From the human T2T-CHM13v2.0 reference genome, Homo sapiens: DNA of 64,000 nucleotides. Where the stretch lies: NCBI RefSeq assembly GCF_009914755.1, contig NC_060942.1; one strand, 5' to 3'. A model generated the notes under the pieces. The model searched no databases. It saw only the letters and a list, made by a program, of their open reading frames with translations, and was not told the DNA's origin. Positions 1 to 15,136 of this stretch are shown piece by piece (position 1 is the stretch's first letter; every line of letters begins with the position of its first letter). Made by a program: the position numbers and the translations under genes.

Positions 1-519
1 TATTTTTGTGTTATGTTTAGATTTTTATGGGAGGTTCTATAACAAAACTTATTATATGTCCCATGTTTGCTTTTACTTAGCCCTCCTTGTAAATATTGTC
101 CATTGCCCCCCAGTGCCTCTGTATAAAAATGTCTATGTGAGACACTTCTCTTAGTTTAGAAATAAGAAAGCGTTTATCTGCTCTGACAAACTCATGTTTC
201 TTTCATTCAGCTAATGAGAGTTAACTAATGTCTGCCTCTACATTTTAACTGCCATAAAATTGGGACAATGTTCAAGATCAAAGTCACAGCAACTTTATCA
301 TCGGGCATGATTTCTCATTTTTGAAGCATTTCACTGGATTAGTCTCTTTTAAACTAGTGCAAGTTTCTTTCAAGGAGATGTGATAAGAAAAGTTACATGA
401 GATAAGTTATCTGGGATAAGAAATGATGACATATGAACCTCGATGACAAGACACTGTAAGAATCTGCAGGTATGACCAGGAGGTATTGTGGATAACCATG
501 GGGATAATCATGGAGAACA

Positions 520-730
520 GGAGAGCAGTTGTCCAAAGGCCTGGGTTCAGATCTTTGTTCTCCCACTTTCTAGCTGTGTAACACTGGGCAAATTAAATTA
601 ACTCCTTTGTATCTTCATTAATTCATCTATCATCTATAAAATGAGGGGGACAATAGGCCCTATGTGATAGGGTTGTTAAAAGTATTAAATGAACTCATAT
701 GCATGTTAGAATAATGCTTAATGCAGAGTA
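520..730 (+). mobile_element. MIR SINE
   Basis: cctgggttcagatc...ctagctgtgtaacactgggcaaatt...catctataaaatgaggggacaata...gggttgttaaaagtattaaatga resembles the MIR core. Confidence 0.8.
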
Positions 731-1099
731 ACTGCATTTTAAAAAAGAGAAGAGAAAAATTTTTAATTATAGATTGTTGAGCTTCATCTCAACCTTCAGT
801 AAAATACAAGAGTGTATTGTTAAACAGATGACTGTAAGCATATAGAAGCGGAAGATCATATCCCTGGAAGGCATTATGGATTCTCTAATTCATGTCAAAC
901 TAAATTAATTTATTTTTGATAGGATTATTAGACTTATACATCAGGAAGATGCATATGTTAGAGCTAAATTTCAGCCAGTCATTTGATATAAGTCTGTTTA
1001 TTGTAAAACTCATTCATAAGTGATGGACACTTATAAACTGGGTGGTAGTATAATTAAATGAATTTGTAGTGGATTGAACATGTATAGATAAAGTATATA

Positions 1100-2200
1100 G
1101 ATTGAGTAATCAGTATCAGTCTGAAAAGAGATCCCAGTGGCAGCCACAACAGTTTGTTTTCCATTGCTTTGTTTAGCTCTGTCATGAATAACTTGGAGGA
1201 ATAAGTCAAAATCATGCTTGTCAAATAGGTGGCCAATAAAATAAGGGAAACCGAGCAATTGGAAAACAATGGGGATTACAAAAGAACTTTGTAAGCTTGA
1301 GAAAATAATATGTAACTAAAAGATAAAATTTACTTGAGATCACAGTGTCCTTTTTTGCAGCAGGTTTTTTTGGGGCATGTAGAAATCCAGTGGAGGAGAT
1401 TTCTGGGATGAGTTTAGCTGTTACTTTCAATAATCAGCTATTTGGCACTAATAAGATTTCAGAGCCTAAATAACTGGATTAAACAAACACTAGTGCATTA
1501 AAACAAAGATATGCTTATGCCTGGCAAGTTTGGAAAACACACCACAGAGCTGTGGGTGCAATTTCAGAAGCAGATATTGAAAGATCTGGAACTTTTAGTT
1601 GAGTGACAATGTGAGGTGGCTGCTGAAAAAAAGCACGTCATATTAGGTTAATGTAGTTACTGCAGATAGAAAAAAATGATTTTCCCATATTCTATTTGGA
1701 TCAAGCTACAGTTAAAATATTTATCAATTTTTAGCTCATTTATTTTAATGAGTGTAATTCTTAAATGTATTTTAAAAGTGACACTGGAAAACTCAAGAAT
1801 GTTCAGAGAAGGATGATTTGGGTGACTGTGTTTGCAAACTACTTTATATGAAGATTGATGAAGAAACTAAGGATCTATTAGTCTGGAAACAAAGGGAGAC
1901 TTGGTCTGAATAGTGTTTAAAAATATGTGGCAACGTATTTTGTGTATAACTTATTGAATCCCATAATTGTAAACTTATATAACACAATTGCCTTTTGACC
2001 TTACGTGATAAAACAGTGTTTGTAATTTAACATTAAATAATTATTGTTATATTCAAAGGCAAAAACTAGGATTACTTGATAGAAATGAAAGGAAAGCATA
2101 ATGTTTACTTGAAGTACTGAAAAAACTTTAATAGTTACTAAGCTCTTAAGAGAATAGACTGCCTGCAAATTTCTGTAGTAGGAAGATTTCTCTGTTTTTT
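1100..2200 (+). mobile_element. L3/CR1 LINE 3' fragment, highly degenerate
   Basis: CR1-like segments such as caatgtgaggtggctgctgaaaaaaagc, gaatgttcagagaaggatg and tatgaagattgatgaagaaactaaggatctattagtctgga; boundaries approximate. Confidence 0.65.
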
Positions 2201-2981
2201 GTTAAGAGAAGTTTTACTTTGTAAAACAAGTTTTACATATCATTATTTAAACAATTATTCTTTTCTTACTTTTTAGAACATTGTGTAAATTCTGAGTGTC
2301 TGCCACTTTGTTTTCTTTCTGTGTGAAAAAGGAATGCGAAGTGTTTTAAATGATTAGAAACTTACTGAGATCCAAAAAAGTTGCCAAAATCCTGCAGGAA
2401 ATTAGGATTCACTTCTCAATTGCATAGAATTTCATCTGCAAATTCAGGGAATGACCACTTTGTTTGAAACTCCAAAAACCATGTCTTTCAGCTGTGCTCA
2501 GGTTTTATGACCCTGGGCAACTGAAGTATGTTGCTATAAAACAGAGTTTCCTTCTCATGAATATTCTATGATACCATATATCATAATTGCTTGAAAGTTT
2601 CAGTATATGTTGTTGGAAGTAAGTTGTTACTGTTGATATTCTATATTTTTGATTTGTAACAAGCAAAACAAGATAATTGGTCCTTTAGTATGCTCTTCTT
2701 CCTAGTCATCTGAACAGTATCTAAAAGCATGCCATGAGGAAACCAGGCACAGTATGGTGCAGGCTTTCCTGTGCCTCATTGGTGGAATACGTTTGGAATT
2801 GGTCAGGCAACGAGGGATGAGAATATGTGGCTAGTCTGATTTGTAGTAACTAGTGAAGTTTACTTAGGAAATCTCAGACCACATTTAATTCCTATGATTT
2901 TCTGGTAGCGCTCTTCTTTGTATTGAAAAAAATCTGTGTTTCTAGGCTGTGTTCAAAGGGGCCAGCTTTTTTTTTTCAGCC

Positions 2982-3205
2982 AATAATATTAGCTACTATT
3001 TATTAACACTCATTGCTGTAGGCAGTCATTTGGCTCATTGGAATAATAAGTGCTTTATATTCATTATCTCATTTAGTCCTCACAATATTTTTGTGAGTAA
3101 GGAAGAGAAGAAATTATGACTCAGAGATTTCTGATGTCTTATCTAACATCAGACATCTAGTGAGTAGGGATTCCTGGTTCATCTGATTCCAGAGCTCACA
3201 ACCTT
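2982..3205 (-). mobile_element. MIR SINE
   Basis: agctactatttattaacactc...tgctttatattcattatctcatttagtcctcacaa...tctgattccagagctc is the reverse complement of the MIR consensus. Confidence 0.75.
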
Positions 3206-3492
3206 CATTATTATTCTATAAAAAGTTCCAAATATAGAATGACTGAAAACATTCCCCCAAATTAACTTGGTCTTTGTTTATTGGAGCCTATTTAGTAGTG
3301 CTACAATTTGGAGATATAGATGTGAATGAGGACCAAGGCCCAGGATTACATGAGGTTTACAGTGAGCAGGAAGAATATCATTAAACAAGATAACACTAAT
3401 TAATGACAATTTTGACAGGTCCTATACCAAGGGAATGTATAGTTTAAACCATTATCTGAGAATTTAAGTAAATATCTGATTGTATATATATA

Positions 3493-3798
<306 letters not shown>

Positions 3799-3861
3799 TG
3801 ATTGTTCTTAAGTGTGAAATTGCTGAACTGGGGTTTGTGAGAGCGATGATACCTTGACTTA

Positions 3862-3991
3862 TGATAATCTAACTAATGCCTAATTATCTGAGGTGGAAGT
3901 TTCATCCAGAAACTGTTCCCCCCTGCCATTCTATGGAAAAATTGTCTTCCATGAAACCAGTCCCTGGTGCCAAAAAGGTAGGGGACAGCTA
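3862..3991 (+). mobile_element. MER1-type hAT-Charlie DNA transposon, 3' fragment
   Basis: atggaaaaattgtcttccatgaaaccagtccctggtgccaaaaaggtaggggac matches the recalled MER1A/B end. Confidence 0.8.
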
Positions 3992-5789
3992 TACAATAGC
4001 ATATAATTTTACCATAAAGTACATTTAAATAGAATAGAAAATTGTTAGTATCATCTTTAACCCTTCATCCAGCAGCCACATATGCTGGGAGTGAAGAACA
4101 ACCTGATTGAGCTGTGAATACTGGGTATTTGCTGAGGTGCTGTCACTTTTGATGTAATTTATTTTCTCATCTGAAGGCTATCAGTAATCCAAGTTCATGT
4201 TTCATCAAAATGACATGGACCTTTGAGGTTTTCAAGAGTAGTAGAAATAGGGAATGTTAAACATATTAATTCTAAGTCTTTTGTAATAATGGAAAGCCCC
4301 CAGAGAGGACTTAGCACATAGGAGTTGTCTAATAAATATTAGCTGCTCTTATTATACTTAAACATTGTCATCAGTATCGTAATGCATACAGGTCCTGTTC
4401 ATCTAGTCACTAGCCTAATGGCCTTGAGCCAATTCAGCTTTGTACATCTCAGAGAATGTTAATAATACTTCTCTATGCATCTCACTGAGTTGTTTTGAGG
4501 ATCAAATAAAATAACATATGTTGTGTGAAGCAAATGAAATAAAATATGTTGTATAAAAGTCATCTGTAATTGTAAAGAGGTATATAATGGTTTATTGTTG
4601 TTATAACCCCAAAATCGTTTACCTTGGACATGAGGCCCTAAACATCTGAACACTTTAATGAACTGCCAGTATTGATTGAGGGAAGATGACACATTAATGT
4701 TAGAAAAAGGGAGAAAGCCTGGTCACTGATACCCACTTAGAATTCCACAAATGTAGACATCTATCATTGAAATGGTACTTAAATTGTAGGGATTATTTTT
4801 TATTTTGCCGTCAAATAAGTAAGCTCTCTCAGAAAGTTTTATTTTGGGCCAGAAGGGCAAAAATTTTAACCTTTAAATGAACACTGGTCTAATGTGTTGA
4901 TCTTAGAGATACTTAGAATGAGTTTTCTCTTTGAGAGACACCAAGGAATTCTTGAGTAAGCCTTAATATGCTTGAGCCAGTGTTCCTGGGCCAGAAAGGT
5001 ACTTAAGGACCAAAGTTAACACATAGAAAATTGCATTCTTAACTTGGCCCTAAATGATTTGGCAAATCATCTCTCTTTCCTTTAATTATATTGCAGGTAT
5101 TACAGGTCCTTTTTTGCATTTTTTTTCTCCCCATACTAGGACGTGTAGTAGTCTAGGGGAGGAAATTTCTGGAATGAGACTATCTTGCCTCAAAACTGTA
5201 TGAATGTATATGTCTTTGAGATAGGCCCTGATAGAGTTAGTTAGATAAGAAGGTGGAATGTAATGGTATGTTTGCTAGCTCTGTACATCTGTTTACCTCC
5301 TGTGAAAAATAGATCCACCACTAGGAAGGCAGCTAGTTGTGTGTTTGCTTTGTGCACCAGCCGTGGAGAGTCCCGTTTGTGGAGAGCAATGTTGAATTTG
5401 AAACCTTTCATGGAGTAGAAGTGAAGAAAAAAGAAAGTAGCTGGGAATTGAAAAGACTTCAGTCCATGAGAGATGCAAGACATCTCAGAGATTGAGTGAA
5501 GTAAGATCACAAATATAGTTTTAACACAAGAGAACAATTTGTTTTACAAAGAAAGAAAGGACATTTTATGTAAAAATTGAGCACTGTTTCAGAATCTGAT
5601 TTGTGAAGAGACAGTGATATGTGGCCAGTGGTTTGTAATTACAATCTTCCTGGCAGTGCTAGTTCCAATAATTCTAGCTACAGATATTCTTAGCGAAACT
5701 CAGCAGTTTTAGGGGACTGTTTTTGAGGAAATGAATTGTAAAGTGCTCAGATTTTCAGCAAAAATTTTTTTGAAATGGACTAAGAAAGA

Positions 5790-6800
5790 TTAATTGTTAG
5801 CCAATATAAATAATGTAGGAAAGATAAAGCATACAGCTATTATAAAGGAGAAGCAATTCACAATATTTGTAGAAAACATGATTGTATACTCTGTGCTATT
5901 AAAACTATTAACTCAATTAACTATTCATATAGATAATAATTACCCTGATTTAGTGGCTTTTATATGTATTAGCAATAGAACGTGGGACTATTACATGAAA
6001 AAAGTATATTCAAAGTTGCAACTGAAAATATAAAATAATAGAAAGCTTATTACAGGTTACAAAATAAATCTTAAGTGGAATGATGTATAAAATTCCTCGG
6101 AATTTAATTAGATGTTTCGTTGAATTCCAATCTCAATTTCATCTGGAAAAATAAAGTGAATAATTAGAAACTTAAGAAGGAGTAATGAGAGCAGTGTCCT
6201 GTTCAGAGAGTGAAGTATAATATTACAGCAATTAAAACAGTGTAGTGTTGGCTCAGCAATTGATGGAAAGATCAGTGGAACCTAGTGGGACCCCTGGACA
6301 AAGCCCCCCAAGGACAGCGTTATGCAGTTTCTTCTGGAGACTCTTAAAATTCCCAGAAGTGCCGTTAGCCATTAGAGGGAGTAAGTGTGGGGGTCCAAGC
6401 TCTCTCATCTCCAGCTCAACATGAACAGCTCTGCATTTGTGTGTTTTATATATTGGGTTCCCACATTTATATTTAGGTTTCACATTTTGAAAAGTTTTTA
6501 TTGCCCTACTACTAACATATGGTAGAGGATGCCTCACTAGCCAATGTGTGGCATATGAAACAAATTATGTTGGGGAAATAAGGCTTACTGTGGGGAGGAG
6601 GGGGCAGATGTTAATATTTCACTTTAGCAAAAAATATAAATTCGAGATGAATTAAAAAATAAGTACTTGAAAGAAATACTTGTAGGTATTTGCATGCTCT
6701 CTGGATAAAAGGAATTTCTAAACATTAAAGAAGTTAATGGAAAAGCCTGATGAATAGTTGCTTGTGTAACAATAAATAAAACAGATCTCCCACCAAAACA
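5790..6800 (+). mobile_element. Old L1 (L1M) ORF2 remnant, interrupted at ~6280-6500 by a probable hAT-Charlie MITE
   Basis: A-rich L1 ORF2-like phrases (tatttgtagaaaacatgattgtata; gcaattaaaacagtgtagtgttggc...gatcagtggaac). The insert carries cagctctgcatttgtgtgttttatatattgggttcc. Confidence 0.6.
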
Positions 6801-9290
6801 TCCAAAATGTAAGCAACAACAAGACCAGGTAGTGCCTTATGGTCAAGAGATTGTTGGGGCAATGGACAGTTAGTCTAAGGTTTGGGTCTGGTAGCTTAAG
6901 ATGCCTTTGTGCTCTGACTGTGGCTTGCCCCACTCAGTGTATTAGAGTATGGCTGTCTGTGAGTCTGATTCATGTCTCTGCCATGTGTCACATTATTTTG
7001 ATGGCATCAATGTTTTGTTCTGTGAAGATAATTTCTCCTTATCTTTTGTTCTATTAATGTTTACACAGCTCAATCAATAAAGCTTGTTCACACCCAGGAA
7101 CCTCTCCTTCTCTCTGTTCTCTGTCTTGCAGGAATTGAGGGTGGCTTCTGGTGTTTTGTGTGGCTTCATCATTTCCTTCCTGCCTCTCATCCACTTCATG
7201 ATGTAATTCTTGGCACTTTTACTTCCTTTGTAGAGTAGGATGTGATGTCATAGAGAAGGGGACAGGGCTATCCAAATTCTCTCAATTGCTGGGAGGAGCT
7301 GCCCAGGTGTGCTGAGGGGCCTGTACTCAGGAAGAGAAACAGGGAATCCTCCACAGTGAGTAACCCCAATTTCCAGTGTGCCCAAATTTCCATTTAAACA
7401 TTGTCTAGTACACTAGAGTTTCTTCTTTGGCCCTTTCTAGATTTAATCAGTTTGCCTTTAGACATTCCCAGTTCAGCTCAATTTTCCTCCTTTCTCACCC
7501 TCCTCCTATCTGTCTCCTCTTTCCCCATCGTATGCCTTTCCCTCCAGTTGCCCTCTTCCTTGCTTGCTTCCTGTGTGTCTGTGTCTATTGACCTCCTGCC
7601 CATATCTTTTATGAGAGACCCGTTGCCTTTCATTTGAGGCAGTGCCCACACTATATATAGTCCATGTGAACACAGCATCTCCTTTCAGTAATTCATAATT
7701 ATGTACTGTTCTACTTACAGTTCTTATTTTAAAACTTCTGTCAGCTTTTTGTTTTCATATCAGCTTCTTCCTCTTTTCCCTGTGCTCTTCTACTCTTTCC
7801 TTCTTTACAGCTCTATTATGCAGTTTCCTTATTGCCTTTTTTCCAATATATTTATACTCCTCTTCCCTAAACAACTTTGCCTATGTTTCTGTTTCCCCTT
7901 TTCGAGTGTTCAGTTCACCTCTACAGTGTCCTCTTCTGCAAGGACCATTTTCCTTCCTTCCCGTTCACATATTCGTTGCCATACCCTTGTTGTAGTGTGG
8001 CTCATATTTCTGTATTCTTTTAATAATTTATAACATGAGTAAGGAAGGGGCTGATCAGGATTGGGAAAAAGGAGGAAATTTCCTGGGAACTAGAAAGAGA
8101 GAATAGGAAAGTGTCTGAAAGGTTAGGATGGGCAGGCTGTGTGCAACACACTGAGGGACCTTGATGAACAGAGCCTTCACTTGTGAATCAGTTGAAATTT
8201 GGTTATTGACAGTATAAGAGATCACAGAGCCATTTTGAACAGATTTGGAAGCCTTTTCAAGTTTACATTTTCAGAATGACCCTGTTAATTCTTAATAATT
8301 ATGATTCTTCCAATAATCATAGATTAGAACTCTAGTGTCTCTAAGTTACAAGAGGCCATGACTTGAGCATGAAGCTCTTGCATAGCATCTTTAATTAGGT
8401 GTCATCTACCCTTGGAGTAGGTCATTGTGGAGATGTGTGTAACTTGTTTCTTGTACCCAGATGTGGTCCCTGTAGTTCATGTTGGTGCACAATAGGGGCA
8501 CTGCTGCTTATTGTTTCCACCACATGGGGTTAAGTCCCTGCAAAATAAAGGAACCTGTTTTCCAGGGCTGATGGTCTAAGACCTGTGGAAATAATCAGCT
8601 ATGTCCTGTGTATTCCACACCCTTTGTTTAAAAGAACCCCTTTCACAAAAGATAAGTAGGGCAGAAGAGGAGAGAAAGAGAATGGGACTGAGTTCATATG
8701 ACTGAGATAGGCTAAATCGGAAGAGGAAAGGGCTTACTTGAAATTAATTGGAAAAGGCAAAGGAAAGGAAACTGAGCTGAACTGGAAAACACACTGTAAT
8801 GAGTTACTTGGGTTCCTGTATGCTTCTTTCAACATTTTGGCCGTGAATCCAGTGAGGCTGTTTGTGACCAGCACTCCGTTCTCTTCTATTGGTAGTATTC
8901 AGGCTCCATGTTTCCAAGGACCTGGAATCTTAGGAAACATTTTAACAGCCTGAAAACATGACTTTCACCATAAAATTTTAGCAACTTTTTAAATAAAGGA
9001 AATTATATACATTTGTTAACTTGTTTTCTTTAGGGTTCACATTCCTTTTTTGGTATGTACGCCTTTGTGACATGTTTGAAGGATGGCCCCTTTTTGTTGC
9101 AGAAATTTCCGATTTAAATGTCCAAAAAAATTACGTTCTTCCTTTGGACACCTGATCTGTATGATGGACTGCTTTTGATGTAAAAGCCCCTTCCCCTCTA
9201 ATAAAATAAGCAGAGAATGCATGATTCACATACATTTTCATTTTGTATGCTGCCATGCAATAATCTAGGAATCTTATGTTTATATTTTAG

Positions 9291-9413
<123 letters not shown>

Positions 9414-9844
9414 TAATAATTGCCACTCGTTGCTAAGCGATAGGTGTATCTAGATTTTGATATTGTAGTTGATTGTGAATTAACTCCCCACAAATTCTTT
9501 CTAATTAAGAAATCGTTGGATGATTTAAGATTTCCTTGGACTTGCCTGTTACCTTAATACATTACGTTAGATGGATTGATACAGGAGGTACTTTCTTAAC
9601 AAAGAACAGCACTGTGTGACTTAGCCCCTCATTGAAGTTATTCCTGTTTCTTGTAAGAGGAGATTGTGTTTCTGAAACCAAATGGTGAAAGAGAAACACT
9701 TTTACAGGTTTAATAGGTAGATCCTAGGATATAAAGATGAGCTCACTTTGATAAAATTCAGTGCCAATAAATGTGGTTGAAAATCTAGTCCTCTTATATT
9801 TAAGAACTCTACTTGGTGCATCCCGTAATAGCTGTTGAGCCTAA

Positions 9845-10190
9845 TATTTATCCTTTTAAAATGTACAGTTTAGTGGGTTATGTTATATTCACAAAGTTCT
9901 GCATCATCAACATTATCAAACTTTAGAACATTTTCATCACCCTAAAATGAAACCCTGTACCCATTAGCGGTCACTCCATATCCCAACTACTCTTGCCTGT
10001 GGCAACTGCTAGTCCACTTTCTGTCTCTATGGACTTGCTATTCTAGATATTTAATATAAGTGGAATCATCTAATATGTAGCCTTTTGTGAAAGGCTTATT
10101 TGACTTAGCATATAATATTTTCAAGGTTTTCTCATGTTGTAGCATATATCAGGAATTCATTCCTTTTGGTTGCAGGTAGTATTTCACTGA
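9845..10190 (-). mobile_element. L1MB-type LINE-1 3' UTR fragment
   Basis: ttagaacattttcatcaccctaaaatgaaaccctgtacccattagcggtcactcc...ctttctgtctctatggacttg...catgttgtagcatatatcag. Confidence 0.85.
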
Positions 10191-12254
10191 TGATTCTTTA
10201 TTCTTGGGTATTAATTTTATGGTTTTGGCTTTAGATAGCAGGTTAGGGCCATATAGATGATACTACTCAAGGAGAAAAAGGTTTACTATAGGATAAAACA
10301 ACTATGATGTTGTCATATGTGTATGTAATCAGCCATGTTACATAGAATAGATTTGTGTACATGAATTGTCCATCTGTAAGCCATTGAGCATACAGTAGTT
10401 GCAACTTGATGAAATTAAACCTACTGAACTGCCTTTTGAATGTTTTCATTGATGTGGATATAGAAACTGCTAAGATAAATAAATATCCTTCTGAGGCTGA
10501 CTTTTTGTGAAAAATAGGTTTCACCTATAACTCCTGTAACTTTAATGTGTGGGTAACATCAGCCTCTAGCTGTTTAAAATGTATTATTTAGCAAGGTAGG
10601 TCCATGGACATCACAATTTACTGGCGTACAGGACACCTATGCTCAAATTTTCATTTTTTATTTTGGAGACTTTTTTTTTTTGCCTACGCTGGAGAAATAG
10701 CCTAAGATAATATAACCACGCTGTGTTTGTGCTAGTTGTTCCCCCAGAAAGTGGAGGCAGCAGTGGATAGATTAGTTGCTAACAGTACCTAACAATTCTG
10801 TTAAAGGAGATCCTATTTTAACCCGGATGTCAGTTTAAGGAGTTAGGGAACAAAATCAGGAAAACAGGAGATTAATTTTCTTCTTGCCACCTGTCAGTAA
10901 CCCTGGAAATATTTATGACATTTAGAAAGCACTGAAAATATTTGTGCCACAGTCAAAAGAAAAGAGGGGCTAAAAATCTAAGGATGTCTACTGTCTTATG
11001 TGGGCTTTGTTGCCAGAGGAATCTGCCAACTTGGACATAAAAAGCACCTCCTAAAAGCAGACGTTTGAAATTCGTTCATTAAGATATTCTTCTCCACAGG
11101 AATGACTCTGCTGTTATCAGTTGTTATGAAGCTAGAGATATAAAAATCCCTGTACCGTGGCTCACAACATTTTAATTACACTTGTTATCATTATATCATT
11201 ATTTCAATTTTTTCAAAATGCTGGTCCTCCCAGAATGGTATATAAGAGGGCTTTCAGCATGCATAGTTAACAAATACAAACAAATTTTAAAAACCAACTT
11301 CTTCAAAGAGTAATTAAAGAACACTGAAATGGGAAACATAACTCCCTAGTCCTCTAAATTGAATCCCTCTCCCCACTTCACCCACTACATCACTATTTGT
11401 CCTTCTGTAAGGAAAAAGAGTCCTTTGTTACAAACACTCATGAACCAGTATAGTATTAGTGAAAGTACCTGCACACAATTACCAGTTTGAATAGGGAAGG
11501 GAAAGGCAAAGAAAGAGAACACAGTTGAAGTTTTCTTCTGTAAAATCTGCTCTGCATCAAGTGGCCTCAGACTATGCATTTTGTGCTCCCATTTGTTTTT
11601 TCATTCTATTCCTTTAAATTTCCCCCTTCTTGTCAATGGTAATCCATTACTTATGGCTCATGCATCTCTGCTCACTGTTCCCTTGCTTTCTAGTTCTAAT
11701 TTGCTTATTTGAGTCACCTCTAAAATATACATACCTAGCTTTTGAGTAAGTTTAGGACTGTCCTGTATGTATGTATGTTGTTTCAAGGAGCAGATACTGA
11801 CATTTATTTTGCCTACTTAATGTACTGTTTTGTTACTTTCCAAGTTTTTAAATGTTTTCCAAATATTTAAGGCAGTTGAGTAAATGAAGTGTAACTGTAT
11901 GTATTTTTCTTAAGTAAAGTTTAGAAATTCCACCTTCATGAAGTCAAACATAAGCTGATTGATTTCTAGGTATTTACTAATGATGTGTTTTAAGAAATGC
12001 ACATTGGTAATATGCCTGATTAAATACAGGGAAGTGCTTGTGAAGTTACTAATATGGCCATAACCCTCTGGTGGTCTCTTCTATGGATGAAAGGTAATGT
12101 TTTAATGGTCCTCCCCCAAACAGTCCTCCACTGTACCTAGCAGTTCTAGACAGTAGAAGATAAGGTCTTCAGCCATCATCATTCCAATCTGTACTCAAAG
12201 CAAGGCCATTTGTTTCAAGTGCTATCGGGGTCCTTCATTCTATGTGTGCCAGGC

Positions 12255-12395
12255 AGGTCTCCGAGAGCACTTACCTCGCTGTACTGTAATTTTGTCTTTG
12301 TATGTCTTCCCTGCCTGTGTGTGAGCTCCTTAAGGGCAGGGTACCTAACACTCCTGGCTCTCGGCAGATACTCAATAAACAGTTGTTTAGTCAAT
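12255..12395 (+). mobile_element. L2 3' end
   Basis: gtgagctccttaagggcaggg...actcaataaacagttgttt resembles the L2 tail. Confidence 0.65.
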
Positions 12396-15136
12396 AATCT
12401 TCATTCTCAAGACGTTAATTTGCTGGTGCTTAGTAACAACTTCGGCTTGCATTCAGAGTTAGAAGCTTCTTTTTGACATTACATGTTATATTTTTATGAT
12501 ATTTAATAGTAGTTATTTTTAACATCAAAAGAAACTTAACACGTTTGTGGAAATCCCATTAAATATATGTATGCTGATAGTTTCCAGCAGGTTATCTGTG
12601 AACAACTAAAGTTATGGTGCTGTTGCTTGTTTTCAAACACTGTGAAAGCCACTGGTTTGAACTTGCAACTTATAATAGAAAAACTACATTATAATTTTGT
12701 TAAAACTAATGAGGATATTTGAATGTGTTCGTTATATATGTTACTGTTATTTGACTGAGGTGAAATTTGACATTGTATGCTATATTTTCCTCTTTACAAC
12801 TGACACTTTAAATATAATTTTCATGTAGACATGATAAAGATAGGACAACTTTTTTACATCATGTTCTGTGTCTCATCTTCATATTATTGATGAAATGTGT
12901 AGAGTAGGATTGAATTCTATTTGGAAAAGCCAGAATGAAATAAGTACCTTCCATGTGGGTAAAAAAGAAATATGAATATAATAAATTGTCAGAAGGACAT
13001 GTGGTTTTGTTGAAAAAAAATAATAGAATGATTTTTTAAGATCTGGTTTTCTTTCTTATGAAAATATTCTTGGTAATTTTTACTTTCCCTCTGTATAATA
13101 GGGTAGAAGATTTTATTAATGTCATTTTCTTCTGGTCCCTCTGTGTGCTTGCTTCACTGATTCTGAGTATTTTTAGGGCTTCTGCCCTTTATGTTTATTG
13201 ATTGTCAACAGTTGATCAATCAAAGTTACTGGAAGGCTTTTCAGATGATTGGAATCATATAATCAAATGGCCATGCTGCTTCTATAGACGGGATTAAAAT
13301 GTGAATATTCCAGTCTGCTGCTTTTGTGGATGGATATTTGATATCCCTCTTTGGACTTCTTAGATAAACATCCTCACTTCCTTAGGGAGTTAGGGTGCTG
13401 CCATGGAATATGTTCTTGTCTGCAGTAAGTGAAAGTATTCATTTAGAAGAGAGGAGTACGTCTAGTTACAGTGTTGTTTTGGGTGATTTTGGGGGACATC
13501 CCAATTCTGATTTTCTGTTTTTGATTTGCTCATTCAGAGGTTATCATTCCTTTACCAAGAGGACTATGGGGTTTTTGATGCCTGAGGATGTGTTTTTTGA
13601 TGCCATGTCTTACGTAATTTTTAAAGTGGTGCTTCCAAAGAAATGTGTGCTCTGTTATAGTAACATATCCAGGGGCTGCAAGGTTATGGAGTAAGGCTTG
13701 CATGACTTACATAGTGAGAGCAAAACAACCATTCATCAGTGAGGAATAATTTTTTATGTGCTGGGCATTATCATTACAAGATACCTGTCATTAATGTAGC
13801 ATGAACTGTGATTTAGTTTTTATATTATTTGGTAATAGGCAAATAGTTTATAATGAGGGTGAAGTGGTCATAAAATTAAACATATATATATATATACACA
13901 AACCACACAAAGCAATTAAGAAAACCTCTGTTGGGTTGAAAGCAAGACAATATTTATGAGGTACATTTTAACAATATTAGAGATGCCATATTTTAGATTT
14001 AAAAACTATGTTAAATTTCATCAACTGTTTAAAGAGAAGCAGACTATAAATATATATTCCAGTAGGGACATTTTAAAAAGTTTTATAAACAGTATCTATT
14101 GTGTTTAGCGTTCCTCAGAATAATGGACATATTTTAGATTTCATGATGTAGAACATGCATTGACATCCCAGATTTTGTCATTATTCTAGTATCAATGAGA
14201 ATTCTTTATTCCACTGATAACTCTGGAATTTATTTTTACCTCATTTTGTTTAAGACTTTTTATGTTTTCTGTTTTGCGGTCTCTGTTATGATATGCTGAA
14301 ATTAGAATCTCCACTTTGTACTGTGGTTTATTAAATATGTTGCATTTCTTTAGGGGGATAACATGTCAGAAATTCTATTACCATGTATAGTGACAAACAA
14401 TAAAATTTCTTGGCATTGCTCTTGGTGAGATTTACGTTGCTAATTAGTGCTTTAGGAGATGATTCTTTCTTGCCGCTGCAATGTTTTGCCTAGAGATAAG
14501 AAATAAACGCAAGTAATTTCTACTGCAAAATCAATTCTTATCTGCAGACTCCATGTTGGTGCCCTTCCTTTAATACTGAAATGGTGGTCTAGTTTGTTTG
14601 TGTTGGGCATTTTAGAATTACAGTGTTAGCTCACAGTGTCATCCCTGCCATTTGTTAACATCTAATTCTCTCATTGTGTAAATGGTGTGCACAGTCAGCT
14701 ACTTAGAGAGGGATGTATGAGACAATGGTGTTATTAAACAGAAACATAGGGCAATTTGCATATATTTGTGTGTGTACATGTGTATAAGCAAGCTTCGAGA
14801 ATAATCTAGTTCTTAGTTGACATAAAATTTTACTTGTCATCATTACTCAGATTAGAAATCTCAATCAGTGCCATTCTTAACTCCCTTCTCCTATATCATC
14901 ATGGCCAGATGGTTCTGGGTAGTGTTAGTTTTATCTTCCTAAACACGTCTTTCTTTCTGTGTACCATACTTTTTGCAATTCTTCAGATACTTATTCCTTA
15001 CCTTACCTGGATTATTGCACTATCTTCTTATCTGGTTATCTTATCCCAAGTCTTCCTTCCCCCTTTACAAATCTATTTTTTTCCTCAAAACCGACTGCAG
15101 TTTATAGTAGCATTTCTTAATAAGGAATCCATAATC

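Noticed and set aside
7401-8033. Hydrophobic Leu/Ser/Phe-rich ORFs resembling membrane proteins
   Set aside because: Composition follows from a pyrimidine-rich strand, probably an old repeat; no splice or homology support.
10741-10756. cag|AAA|gtggag as a second 3-nt microexon
   Set aside because: GTGGAG is a poor donor and there is no long AG-exclusion zone, unlike the site at 43501.
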